Source of the DNA: Klebsormidium nitens
Taxonomy: Eukaryota > Plantae > Klebsormidiophyceae
Direction of reading: 5' to 3'
Length of the DNA: 64,000 nt
Assembly (NCBI GenBank): GCA_000708835.1
Contig: DF236951.1
Coordinates: 456,666-520,665 of the forward strand
Part shown: positions 12,101-24,453 of the stretch, piece by piece
Numbering within the stretch: the stretch's first letter is position 1
How the letters are laid out: each line of letters begins with the position of its first letter
The notes under the pieces: generated by a model
What the model was told of the DNA's origin: nothing
The model's input: the letters and a program-made list of their open reading frames with translations, nothing else
Databases searched by the model: none
Translations under genes and position numbers: made by a program

Positions 12101-15100
12101 TCTCCCCCCCTCCTGCTTTCGCCATCCAGTCCAGGTTCACTTTCAGCAGCCGCAGCAGCGCGAGCGGCACGTACAGCCGCGCCATGTCGTCCGTCACGGC
12201 CTTCATGCGCGCGCGCCCGTCCGCGGGGCTGCCGCCACGTGTCCCCTTCTGGGGGGTCGCCGTGTACGGGAACTGCTCCAGGATCTTCCGGATGATTCGC
12301 AGCGTCTCGGGACCCGGCTCCACGCAGTGCGGCGGGTGCGTGGCGGCCCCCTTCCGGTCGGTCGCCTGCAACCGGGTGACCAGAAGATCGACATGCGCCA
12401 GCACCGCAGCACACGCGCTGCGGGAACTGAGCGCTTCCCCCCCTGCCGCAGGCGCCTCGCTCGGCGCGCGGCTCAGCTGGGGCGTCTGTGGTGGCTCAGG
12501 GGTCGTCGCCCTGGACGTTTGTCCCGCCTCTAGTTCTAGACTGCTTTCCAACCTCCGGGGGATGGACAGCTCCCGGGCGGAAATCAAACTCCCCGCACGG
12601 CTGATGTCGTCATCATGCGACTCGAGCAGACACAGCATGTCGTCAGCGCAGGGAAGGACGGTTCCGACGGCACGTGCCGTGTCGGGCTGGGAGATGACGG
12701 AGCTGTCGAGGGAGTCGAGGGAGGTCAAGAACAGCGGCCGCGGGCGCTCGGTGATGGTCATGTCCAGGCGCTGCTCGGGGCCGAATTCGACGGTCACGGA
12801 TGCGTCGGCGCCGTCTAGGGAAGACTGCACCAGGAATTGAGAGCAGGAGTTGGAGGAGAATGAGTGCTGAAAGCTAAGCATTGCAGGAAGAGTGAGGAGG
12901 CCTTCCAAATTTGGAAGATCGTTGTGGCGCGCATGCGAGCATGCCAAGTGGCGTATGCGGCAGTCATCAAGCTACTGGCGCCGCTGAGGATACGTCGGAA
13001 CGCTTCAGGGTTGACGACGAAACTTTCAAAAGCTTTCAACCAGCAGGTAATCTTACAAAGCTGGAAACGCGAAGATATGGTCGAAGTTAAGGAAGGTTTG
13101 TGACGCCACAAAGTGCCGAAGGGGGGCGGCCTGCCACTTTTGAGAAATGCACGAAAGAGAAAGAGATTTGTGGAGGATGATATGCGGCCTTGTGTGCGTT
13201 CGCAGAGTCGGAGCCAAAGCGAAATGAGCCGACTTGAACGCACAGAAGGGGTGATCATTGCTTTGTCAAGCAGGGCAGCGACCTCAAAAGATATGACGAG
13301 AGCGCCTCGATTGCAGGTCTTTGGAGCATTCCGCGAGAAACGGGGCAAGCAGCACCTTGATGAAGACCTAGGGATCGAAAGACATTCAAAGAGAAGGTGC
13401 ATACAAACAGCTCTTTTGCGTCAGAAAGAGTTCGCTAGTACGTGCGCCTGTGCAGAAACAGACGGGGCAAGTAATCGAAGAAAGAAAACACCTCTATCAA
13501 AGAAGCAGTCATCGAGGGCCACTGCAACCCCACGACCATAAGGTGTTTCTAGACGTTGAGAGTAACAATGCATGAACCAATCTCCCTGGATCCATCCAAC
13601 ACACGCTCCGTCCCCCTCTGTAGTATCCCCGCAGTTTCACGCACCCAACGTCCTTGCAGCGGGAACAGAACGTGAAACACAAAGCATGTAATTTCAAGTG
13701 CCTTACACGTATTTTGCAAAAGAAGAGTGACTCACCAAGCGCCGCAACGCCTTCAAGTTGGCTGCGTCCATCAGCCCCGGGTGGCTCGAAAACAACAGCG
13801 CCAAGTTCAAAGTGAACACCAGCGACCCTCGCGCTGCTGCCAGCTCAATCAGCAGCCCTGCAGCCATGCGCGCCCCCGGCCCTTGGCTCGCAACGACTTC
13901 CATGAGGTAACTGCATACTCGCTCGATCCCCTCTAGTTGGACGCTTGCGAGTTCCCCAAAGAACGAGAGCGGGGGGAGCGCGGAGAGGATGCCGCACGCG
14001 CTCTTGAGCATGCGCGTGCGCAGCTCGCCGCTCTGTTCCAGCAGGCCGAAGAAGAGCTCCAGCCCGGCCTTGACAGCGATCTGGGAGGACGAGCCAGGGC
14101 AAGATTCGTCAGTGATGCTTCTCCTGCTTTCAAATCTCGATGTTGTACAGAAGTGTATTATGCTTGGTAAGATGATGCGGATCCCGCCACAGGCCATTTG
14201 TAGGATGGACGATAATCCTACATTGAAACAGGACAGCACAAGTATTCTGGATGTCGTCCCAATCTTGCAACTGCGGTGGATGGGATCTGCGGAACATGAA
14301 ACTTAATTGTCATCATGAGGATGGAGTAGAAGGTATTGAGTGTGGAAGGAGTGACGCAGTATGTACAGCTAGTCAGGCTTCAGATGTGAATGTGAAGCAT
14401 GTCACGAGAGAATCATGATTGAATGCTCTGAAGTACTCAGAGTGCATGCACTTTGTCAGAGCCAGCCAGCAGATTAGTTGAGACTCTCTGAGGGCCTGAT
14501 CCTGGACACAACTGCAAGATGAGCAAGTTGGAGGTTTCGCTACAAAAGTCCAAATCAGAATGTAAAGACCTTGATCCAAGCCACTGCCCAGTTTTGACAC
14601 CCATTACTGTCCAGAAGACGCCGCAACCTACAAAAACACTGGCTGCTTATTGTCAACGTACAGCACAGATAGCCGCAGCATCCGAAGAAGTGTCCTCTCA
14701 GTCCTAAACACAGTGATGCTTTTCAGGGGATTCTGAGAAACGGTCAAAGCGTGTTGCGCCATGAAAGGACAGATGTTGCCTTTAGTAAAAGCTGCATTAT
14801 GACGCTTCAACAAACCTCAGGTTCGCTGAGCACAATGGCACTTCAAATGTGCTCTGTTGCATGAAATGCAGCCATACGATCTGGCAGATAACTGTACAAT
14901 CTTGGGTCACTTCTGGTGTCCTCAAAGAAAGTGTGTCAACATTCGAGTGCTTTATGACTACTTCTGTCCAGTCAGCTAGATTTCTGAAAAAAATAACATG
15001 GGGCTTCACTCAGCGGTCAAAATTGGAACTGGCAGAAAAGTTCCATTTGTTCATGACTATGTTGAGTTGGGTGAGGGGATCCATACTTCAGATCAAGCAT

Positions 15101-15897
15101 GACCAATTTTCCACCAGAACATTGTGTGAGGAAAGGATGTGTGCATAGCAGTGGGGTCATATTTTCTATGCTCCCTTGCTTACTCTGGCTATATTAAGCT
15201 GCAAAAAAGTCTGCTGCAGCATCTGAACCGCCTAGGAACCACGTCGAATGTGTGGTGCTCGGAATCTATTAGTTTTGCTTTGACGGCAGGAATAAGATCA
15301 GATTTGCATGCGGCGGCCGACACCACGCTAACAACCTTAGCTGCTTGATTGCTTCACAAATGAATGATGTCCAAAGGAGGAGTTCCCGCAAGCTGCCAAC
15401 TCCAGTCGACATACAGAATGCAAGCCGCCAACTCCAGATGACAAACAGAAACATCCACCATTGGAGGCGGAACTAGAATGTTCACACCAGAATAGGCTTT
15501 CAAACTGAGAGAGGTTTGAAATAAGGTTCCGCCAAGTCACCTCATTGACACACGCCGCTGCCCTTCCCTGCGCAGGTTCGCTCTTCGGCTCCGCTTCCGA
15601 CGAGCTCCTGTCTGTTATGGCCTGCCTGGGCTGACGCCCTGCGCCTAGTTGCGCTTTTGCCTCCTGTGCAAGGCCAGCTCTGAGCAACAGTGCGGCGTCC
15701 TTCTCTGCAGCGGCCAGCGTGTCCGCCAGCCAGCGCTGCCAGACCGAAACCCTAGCTCGCCGCATGGTGGTGACATCTTGCAAGAGCTTGGAAAGCGCCT
15801 TGGCGTTGCCTTTCTGGGACGGCAGGTCCGCCTCCTTTGGCCGGGCCTTCAGTGCGGCCCTGCTCGGTAGGCCGAGCTCCATCAGGGACGGACTCAT
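165..15897 (-). CDS. Giant HERC1-like protein, probable E3 ubiquitin ligase; N-terminal ~1,890 aa, continues beyond the left edge (no HECT domain in window)
   Basis: 19 phase-consistent GT-AG exons: 15897-15541, 14080-13736, 12824-11889, 11283-11037, 10575-10436, 9828-9575, 9133-8953, 8412-7609, 7211-7077, 6485-6257, 5781-5600, 5269-5112, 4570-4374, 3645-3521, 3088-2992, 2449-2242, 1929-1656, 1344-834, 460-165 (5,676 nt). The segment EIAVKAGLELFFGLLEQS..SALPPLS..LLIELAAARGSL resembles the N-terminal region of large HERC proteins (recalled from HERC1). SPRY and CUB-like domains are present. The E3 function is inferred. Confidence 0.72.
345..446 (-). other. 8-Cys putative zinc-binding motif
   Basis: RFYCGQSYTEAGGCACGACDGVCGPSEGCPCPAC in exon 460-165, followed by QADAALARALQE. 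Confidence 0.5.
6330..7965 (-). other. Two tandem CUB-like beta-sandwich domains in the HERC1-like protein
   Basis: Domain 1: VESPHRY..VPGADFLLVQFDPRS..VPGNTVTF..DWGYKAVVTG. Domain 2, split over exons 7211-7077 and 6485-6257: AESRHPY..RLLVSFDTRCQT..RYSGESGNWP..ILGSSLTLRFKS..WGWKVVV. Confidence 0.55.
8953..9828 (-). other. SPRY/B30.2 domain of the HERC1-like protein (two exons)
   Basis: GFTAGKHSWDVRVDQ..MRLGVA..TWVYHANG..EFDAGDTIRCHLDMDRGTLRFSKNG..FTNITGEVFPVASF is a typical SPRY motif series. Exons 9828-9575 and 9133-8953 join in phase 2. Confidence 0.85.
9763..10140. repeat. Tandem triplication (~150 bp period) of an intron-exon boundary
   Basis: The block around gtcaggctgatgttcgtcacctggcgtcagc occurs at ~9763-9873, ~9915-10028 and, degenerate, ~10090-10140. 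Copy 2 keeps an intact AG acceptor (9981/9980); copy 3 has lost it. Confidence 0.9.
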
Positions 15898-17378
15898 GCG
15901 CCTAGGATCATTTGACGCGTAATTGAAATTCAGATAGTGGCATCCCCTCTGTGCATGAAATGTCAACTTGTCAAAGTGAACAACTGGAAAACAAGCAAGA
16001 GTGCTGTGAAGTGCTGACGTTCAATCCACACTTCAGGTGCAGAGCGCGAGACTTCCTGCTGCTAAAAATGGTGGTTCGCTCAGCTCAGAAGCAGATCAGA
16101 ATAGTGCTCCCTGCAGGCTGCAAGAGCTCCCAAAGTGCCATGATTCTAGGCGCTAGAGCCCACATTATGCCCGAGCAGACGCGAGCAGAGAAGTCTTCCG
16201 CTCATCAGCCAAACCCCAAACACTTTCTCCAAAAGCGTCTTATCCACTTTTTGGCAGGAAGCTCAGAAGCCACCGCTTGCAGTGGCGCTTCGTTTGCTGC
16301 ACAGTTTCTGTACAATATGGTATCGAAGCGCAAGGATGTACCACTTGGGATTAAACTTAAAGCTAAGGTACTGGTATGAGGAGAAATTCAATCAGCTGAT
16401 GTCAATATTACTGGCCAGCGGACGACTTGGAGGATTCCATGCCGTGCCAATCTGTGCGCGCGGTTAGTGCATCGACCGTTCAGAATGCACATACGTTCCA
16501 ATCGTACGGTCTCAAGCTAGGACCCAACTGTATTCCACATCGAACGTCGAAGCTGCCGTTTCCAACTCCCGTGCAAGCGTGAGCACCAGGCCGAGGCAAC
16601 TGAACATGTAGCCCTGGGGCAAAGCGTTAGTGCGGTACTGTACTTCGAAGATGGAGGATACCCCATCTATGGATGCCCCAGATGTCCAGTGTCCTTGTAA
16701 GTTGTAAGGAGTCAAGGTACTTTTACTTCCGTATAAGATTGCTGTAACAGGTATGAGCACATTGAGCTGTGATTAGAGCTGCTGATCACGATCTCGAGCT
16801 CAGGATTTTCAGGTGGTGCAAGCCTTGCCTTAAGAGGACGGTGAAGGGCCACATAATCTACAGCTGTCGGTGGAAAGGTCAGTGAGCTTCTCAAAAGCAC
16901 CAAATAGAATGCTCTATGGGGCATTGAGTATCTGTGTGCGGCCTTGACATTGGGACAGGGCTGAGGCAAGCAGATCATTGGAGCTCGACAAGCCTTTACA
17001 AGAAAGACCAATACTAACGGGCATGAGCCAAGCCTTGCAGCCAAAACTCGAAGGGAGAACAGCTCCACTGTGAAAGACACTCGACGTTGGCCGATCACAT
17101 GGGGCATTTGCCCTCCTCAAGCATAGGCTGGATTGTATCTTCAAACATGAGAAGTGCTGGTCACGAGCACCGGGTGCTAGCTACGTTATAGTCGAGTACT
17201 CATTCACGTCCCAGTGCACTCCCAGCCCATGTGGCAAATCTGCAGTGAGTACACGCAACATTGCCGGTAAAGTTTCTAGGACGAGCTGAGCGGCCCATTA
17301 CCAGACGCACCTTGCTATCATAGCAATTGGTAGTGCTACAGACGTAGTGCTTCAGATTGCTGCACCGGGCCAGTCAAA

Positions 17379-20300
17379 ATGAGTGCGTTCTGGAGAAAGT
17401 TCCGGACGGCGGTGCGCTTCCTCAACAAGGCCAAGGGGCCGGCCGAGAAGAGTGCGGACCAAGCGAGCGAGCGAGAGCTGGTGGCCTGCCAAGTGGCGAT
17501 CCTGCAAAAGTCGCCGGTGAGCACTCTGGTGCATCAAAGTGAAAACGTATTCCCGCTTCTCAAGCAGGTCTGTCCAGAGTGTGGGATCTGAGTACCTTCT
17601 TACACGGAGTCGAAAGTGTCATTACCACCCAAGCATCATCACTCCATCATATGGATTGGCTTTCGCTTGCTTGTCATTGGCGCTGCAGAGCTGTGATACA
17701 AAGATTGCAGCCCTGAGCAGCCAGACATGAGCGCAAGCTGCGGCCGAGCAAACTGGCAACATTTCAAATTGATTGCTGGGGTTGGGCCGTTCTTGAGTTG
17801 AGTTGAGCTGATGGACCCTTGACGTTTGCCGGATGTGATTGCACCGTTAGTTACACTTTTGAGAATTTGCTTTGAACTTCAGGGGCTTGAGTCCAAGCAA
17901 TTCTGGGGCCAGGTTTTGGGGCCAGGTCTAAGAATCAAATGGGCAAAAAACTATATAGACATAAAGCCTCCCCCTCTCACTTTCCGCTAGTGCTTGGCCG
18001 TCTTTATGTAAGTCTCCCACTATCAACATCCTTCACGGCAGCCCCCATGCCCCAACCAGGAGCTGGCTGACGTCATCCTTCGTGCTGACGTCATCACAGG
18101 AGGCAAGGACCGACGAAGACCTGGCAGTGATCGACGACATACTGAAGTCGGTCAAGTTCACCGCTGAACTGCCGCTCCGAGTGCGACTTGAGATCTGCAA
18201 GAACTGCACGTACAAGCAAGGCGCCGCAGGCCAAGAGCTCTTCAAACAGGTGCTCTTTTGAAGGATTTTTCTTGTCGGTTCGGATACTCTTTGGCCAGGT
18301 CCCCGAAACAATCAGTGGTTAATTTGGAGTCTCGTCTGGCCAAGAGAATCCAGGTGATCGACAAACCCGGTATACTCCACTGGTTCGGATAATGAGTTGA
18401 CGCTGCTGACAGCTCCTACTTATTGTCATATGCACGCCTGACGAGTTCGATGAGGTTGGACTGTGGTTGACAGGACTTTCGACGTGCACAATCAGTTGGT
18501 GCAATCAGTGGCTCGATTAGTATTGTGCTGTAAAGGGGGACGTGTTCAAAGCCCTATCTGTGACCTCCTGTTTTCACAAGCTAAGCCACAGACGGCTCTG
18601 GGCCGAGCGAAGTTTCACTTCGCAGCCTTTGGCACTTGTGGACAAATGACGGGCCGCTTTGGCCGTTTGAAACGCTGTCCGGACTAGTCGAACGGAACGC
18701 CTTTGGGTTATACGATTACTGGTCTCCTTCACATTCTTACGTACCACCTAGGACGACTGGCCTCGACGTTCAAACACTCGAAATGTGGGCTCATTAGACC
18801 CGCAATTGGGGACCGTTGGTCCTATCTTCGACGGACCCGTCATTGGGGACTGTTGGTCCTATCTTTGACAAACCAATTGCTTTGATGTTAGAAGAGCATC
18901 TAATCGAAGACATTCGTAGCCGCTCGCCCAAGAAAGAGAAGAGATGATTATACTCGTTTAGTAATATAGTCTTACCGACTACTCCCTTGCAGGGCGACTC
19001 CGGCAAAGAGTTCTTCATCATCCTCTCGGGCATCGTCACGTGTTCGGCGATCAACACCAGCACGGGCCAGGCCTCCGTGGTCGCCCGGTTGACCATCCAC
19101 CAGTCTTTCGGCGAGCGGGGGCTCCAATCAAAAAACGCCACGCGGCAGGAGACGGTGACCCTCGAGAGCCGCTGCGACTTCCTCGTCATTAGCAGGGACA
19201 ACTTTGACGTCATCAACCAGCATCTGCAGTCGAACGAGAGCCGGAAGAAAGTGGACTTCCTGAGGAATGTGGGCGTGTTCGCGCACTTGCCCCAGTCTAG
19301 TTTGCAGATGATCGCCACGGCGATGGCGGCCCGCACGTGCCCCAAAGTAAGCTCGCGTCTCTAGTTGTCTTCCATCTGCGCTTCTCTCCCTCTCCGATCT
19401 CGAATTCACTTGAGGATCCACAAAACCGTTTCACATGATTTCGCGCCTCCGCAATCGAGCCTCCCGATCACTTTGCGGCAAGGGTGAAAGGCAAGTAGGC
19501 TGACAAAGCCCCTTCGAGCATTCGGGTGCGGAATTGGTCAATAGACTCAGCGTTGGATACGGCAATGGGCGATTCAAACTGTAGACACGTACGGCTGGCT
19601 CCCCAAAGCGCGCAGTCAAACGGGGTTGAGCACGTCCTGTTTTAGGGGCTTGCACTGCTCGTCTGTTCTGCAACGGCCTCCTTAAAAGCATGCGTTCGAT
19701 CGGGGCGATAGAGCGGTCACTGTTTCCTTCTTTCTTTTTCCTTTTCGTCATAAAGGCCACCAAAGAATACACGAGCAGTGCAGCAGTGCATTAACCTTTG
19801 ACTGGACTTCATTTCTTAAGTGACCCAGGCTCTGACAGAACCCCATCCCGTGCCCAGAACTCCGTCATCAAGCGCCAGGGCGGCGACAGCACCGAGATCT
19901 ATTTCCTTGTCACGGGCACGTGCCGCGTCATCCGTGACGTCACCTTCTCGTCCCGTGAGTCCATCCAACTCTCCAGCCTGTCCCTCGTCCGCGACGCGAT
20001 CGACAGCGCGTCGGACGCGGCCGCGGGGCGCCGGCGGCCGGGCGATGCGGCAGCGCCCGACACGATCTTGGGGCTGCCGCTCGCGCCCACTTCCGCCGCG
20101 GGAACTTTCGCTCTACCGGCGTCGCTGGCCGTTCCGCTGACCAGGACGGAAGGGCAAAGGAGCTCCGCGGAAGCGGCAGGTTCTGAGGACGGGCAAGAGG
20201 AGAGCGGAACCCCATCGACCGCACGAGAAGCTGAAGCGGAAGAAGATGATAAGGAGGGGGCTCTTATTGGCGTGGATAAGCGAGCGGACGATCCCATAAG

Positions 20301-21862
20301 CGCGGAGACAGTGGAAAGTCGCAAAAGCCGCGTCTCGTTTCAACTGCCTTCGAGCACCCCTCCCGAGCGGGGGCGGTCCGGGACCTCCAGCCAGAGCCGG
20401 CGGAAATCGTCCGATCCGGTTGGGCGGACCCCGGATTCCGCTCCGAGTACTAGCGGCCGCGAGCGGACCGACTTTCCTGCGCGCGCTTATGCGGGGGCGG
20501 GGGAGAACGTATCCCCGAAGCGCACGAGCAGCGGTCCCCCGTCGTTCCGGGCTCCGCCCGAGCCGTTCTTTCCGGCCGGAATCAACCCCAGCCACGGCGA
20601 GCGGATCTACCCTTGGGAGCGGTCGCAAAAGTGGCCCAAAACGACCCCGCGCTCGCGTTCTGCGTCGCCGCCGCACGTGACCGAGAGCCCGCGCGCGCGG
20701 CGCGCGCGCGCGAGCGCGGACCCGTACTCGAGCAAGCGCCTGACGGTGACGCAGATGCTGCGCGCGATGCCGAAGCGGAAGGAGAAGTCGCGGCGGCTGT
20801 TTCTAGAACTGGGTCAGTTGAACCCGCCCGCGTATTTCGGCGAAGCAGGCTTGCTGCGGAACGAGGCGCGGTGGACGACTATTGTGGCGGCGACAAATGT
20901 AGAGGTGCGGGTCGCAGGAACGATATTTTGATTGGATTTTTGAAGTTTGGGGACTTGGAAAACGGAAAACTCAGGAAGCGTTCCAAATGCCCTCCGGGTC
21001 TGATATTAGCAAGTCAAGATGGTTGTGTTTTCTTCCTGTGAGTTTCGAAGCTGCTCTCCGCTATTTACAGACGCTCTATATGATTGTCAAGTGTCAAGTG
21101 TCGATCGCGCAACCGTATCATAGACAAAGGCCAAGCCTTTGTTTTGCGACTGGTTGAACTTGAGACCCTGAGGTTTCGAACTCCAAATTTGTCCGCAAGC
21201 GTACGGAATCTGCAGATGGCACGGATGTTAATCTTTGCGTTCTCAAAAGGCGCCTGAAACACGGTTCAACTTTTCTTTCCGCAGCTTTACGTTATGAACA
21301 AGCTCGACTTCCAAGTGCGCGTCGGGCGGGATATCATCAAGCAGATGGAGCAGCGGATTCCGGAGTATCCGGTGAGAAGCAGCCTCCGTTGAAGCAGATC
21401 TCAAACGGAATCGTCACGGGAATACTCGAAGCAAGATACATAGACATCATGACCATAGCAACTGAAGGTTGAGGAACTTTTCGGGAGCAAGCAGAGACGA
21501 GAAACGACGTGGCTTCATTGCGTCGATTGCTTTAGCAGGGTCCTCTTTTCAAGCATTCGACATAGAAACTCGATTCTGAGATCTCATTTCCGTTGCCGCA
21601 GACCGACGACGCAATCCGGAAGCAGTTTTTGCGGAACGTGCTGTGGTCCAACTACAAGGCCGCCCTCGTCTCCGAAGTGACCGCCCACCGGAGCGGAAAC
21701 GGGAAGCCGACGTCAGCTGTTCCGCTCCCGAGCGCCAACTTCCGTCAGCCGGACGGTCAGACCGTGCGGTTGCCGCGGCTGCTGGAGCGGAAAACAAATG
21801 CGTCCGCGCCAAATGTTAAGCTCCTGAAAGGAGCCGTTATGCCGATACCCACGTTAGATTGA
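17379..21862 (+). CDS. Cyclic-nucleotide-binding domain protein with two CNB domains, ~678 aa
   Basis: Six phase-0 exons: 17379-17516, 18100-18249, 18993-19346, 19858-20904, 21285-21371, 21602-21862. CNB-A: LFKQGDSGKEFFIILSG..SFGERGL..RQETV. CNB-B: IKRQGGDSTEIYFLVTG..YFGEAGLL..RWTTIVA..LYVMNKLDF. Confidence 0.88.
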
Positions 21863-24322
21863 CGTCAGGTCGGGGTCAGATGGTGACTTTGCAAAGAAAG
21901 AGCAAGCTCGCGTAGGAACAGGGAGAGGTATGAGTTGTCCGCACGAGAAGGACGCCTCCGCTAAGCTCGTGTGAGCTGCAAGAAGCCGTCAGCTATTTTC
22001 ACGTTGCAACAGAGTCCGTCTACTAGTCTCTAGCATGTTTTTGGGAATAAACGCACCTAGCTTATACTGAGGTACTTTAACCGGCCGGGCTGCTCTGCCC
22101 CCCGAGCTTATACAGCATGTGTAGACACGTAGCTGAATAAGTCTTTTGGAGGAAGAGTCTGAATAGTCCTGTTCAAATGTAATATGGGCTCCTTGCTCCT
22201 TCGATATTGGTGATTCACAGAGAATAGCGTTTTGTCGTCTCACAATACGATGTGATACGGTGTCATTTGTTACCGTGAAGCGAACGAAGAGGATGTGCGG
22301 CACTGACGCGCTTATTGTTTCAAGTGGGCTTGAGTTGCACGGTGGACTCAGCGCCGGCACAAGTCACTTTCTGGCGGATCCGGTCGACCTGGAGCGTCTT
22401 TGAAGGCTAGAACATGGCATTGGTTTATCTGCTGCGCAGTTGAATTTTGTTAACAGTGTTCAAAACTAAGGGCATGGCCCGGCGTACTAACCTTCGAATC
22501 CTGCATGGGCCGCGCTTCGTTTGTTCCTTAGGACCGGATGCATCAGTTTGTTGCAACCAGACTCACGCACCTACATGAAACGTGGCAGCCGGTTTGAGCA
22601 TCAATCCGATCTTTCTTTGTACGTACGAGCACATTAAGTTTGTCGTTGTTCTTGCTATGTTATATGTTTCGTGCCACCATGTGGGATTTACGTGAGGGTG
22701 GCACAAACACACGAAAATGTTGGAATCGACGATGCATAGCACAAGAGCCTGGCATCCTCGGCGCATGCGCAACTTCCCCATTCCTCTCAAACCACGGAGA
22801 TTCACGGGACGCGACGGTCATGAACCCAGCCTTTGCATAGACGTTATATGCATGTTGCTGATTCCAACCACAGGCCGCCTCGCCGATGGCCAGGCGTGGA
22901 TCGGACCTCTGCATGCAACCTTGGGACCCTTGAATAATTATGTTCGCTGCCGCAGTGCATTAAACTTTCCATTCATACGAATCGGGCCAAGTTGTCCATT
23001 TGCTTTGTCGGCTGAGATCTGATCACGATCGTTACGATGCGGCAACTCCTGTGGTTCAATAAGGCCGCTCTGAACTCAAGCCGTTATCCGATCTGAATTT
23101 AGAGCGATTTAGAAACAGAACTCTGTACGGAAGCGGGTTACTGTGCACGTACGTATGGTTAAGTTGGCCTTAGTCTTGATTCGGGCACGCATGGTTTATG
23201 ATACAGTCATTCTGATAGTTTTACATTTCCTTAGTATAACTCACGTGTCAATTGGGTAAAATACATATATTCAATTGGATTAGTGCGAAACCAACAAAGG
23301 GCATCAAATCGTATCTGCTCCTGACTTTCGGGGTCGGTCAATCAAACAACACCCCCTTAGGTCCTGTTGGAGCCCCGCTTCTGTCGTATAAGAATCCAAG
23401 TCACGTACACTCATAAGGCAGTGCTGCCATTCAAAGCCACTCCAGCCAGTCCCCGCCGAAGCCCCTTTGCTGCGAGGAAAAAATAACGCTTCACTAAATA
23501 GCTGCTGGCGGCCAGAATCAGCACAAAGAATCTGCGCAAAACGATCATCGGCCGATCAAGCCGCATCAGATCAGAGCCGGGCAGACGGATGTACTCCGAA
23601 GCGAAGAACGATATGTATGCCAACGTCTGCTGAAATTCAGTCGGTCCTAAAAACGACATACTGTTTGCGCTTCGAAGGAGTCAAGAATTTGACGCTGACA
23701 TACGAGCAGTCAGGGACCTCGGATTACTTTTGCCAAAAGAGTAGAGAAGCTGACAGACACTATGTGTTCTCGTTTGCTAACTTGAGCGTTTGAATGGTGC
23801 TCAACACCGGATCTTGATCAGCTTTTGCGGAAGAATGAAGTGAACACTGAAAACAAACCTAAAGCAGCATGAACATTAGTATCCAGCTTCGACGACTTGG
23901 TTTTAAAGTGGTCAGGTTGAACCCGCACGAAGGCAAGGTTTCAAGCCCACTCGAGAAAGTACCCAGAAGGCGCTTCTTATCAGGCAGACTCTTGCAGTCG
24001 GGCCGCCCACGTTAAACACGCCCGAAAAGCTTATTAAGGGATCTGGGCCTGAGATCGTTATGCTGAAACCCGGAACTCCCAAGTCGCCGAGTTGGCTAAT
24101 CCACCTCAGGCAGGGGGCCTGCCGCCTAACTTCTCAGCCCCCCACAACTCTCGCGAACTGAGTGCCGTCGCAGCAAAACGGAAAATCGAATGCACACGGG
24201 CATTGCTTAGCTTGGCTTCCTTTTGAGCTCAATCCGGGTGATGAAAAGCCTTCTCTCGAATCCGCATTGAGTTTGACGGTGAACTCTCACCCTGAAAGGA
24301 ACTCCAAGCGCTCAGGGCAGCG

Positions 24323-24453
24323 CTAGCACGCCGCCTTGCACGTGCCGCTGCAACACAGCTTCCGGTCGGCCGGGCAGCGGAGTCCGTTGAAGTCGTTGCA
24401 GTTGGGGCACACCTGGTTGCCGGTGTGATTGACCGGCTTGTTCGTGCACTTGC
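24323..24453 (-). CDS. Terminal exon: 8-Cys truncated module with stop codon
   Basis: KCTNKPVNHTGNQVCPNCNDFNGLRCPADRKLCCSGTCKAAC*. Confidence 0.88.

Noticed and set aside
7652-12840. Long antisense ORFs (7652-9307 +, 11797-12840 +; similarly 57279-57980 -, 58687-59427 -)
   Set aside because: They are shadows of GC-rich coding exons on the opposite strand, with no independent protein features.
16512-16760. Reverse-transcriptase-like PQG motif (FEVQYRTNALPQGYMFS)
   Set aside because: Single weak motif with no YxDD or other RT blocks.
24323-24453. WAP four-disulfide-core assignment for the terminal exon (CC-x3-C-x3-C)
   Set aside because: The spacing is similar, but internal modules have CC-x4..6-C-x6-C, and the 2+6 Cys partition explains the exon better.
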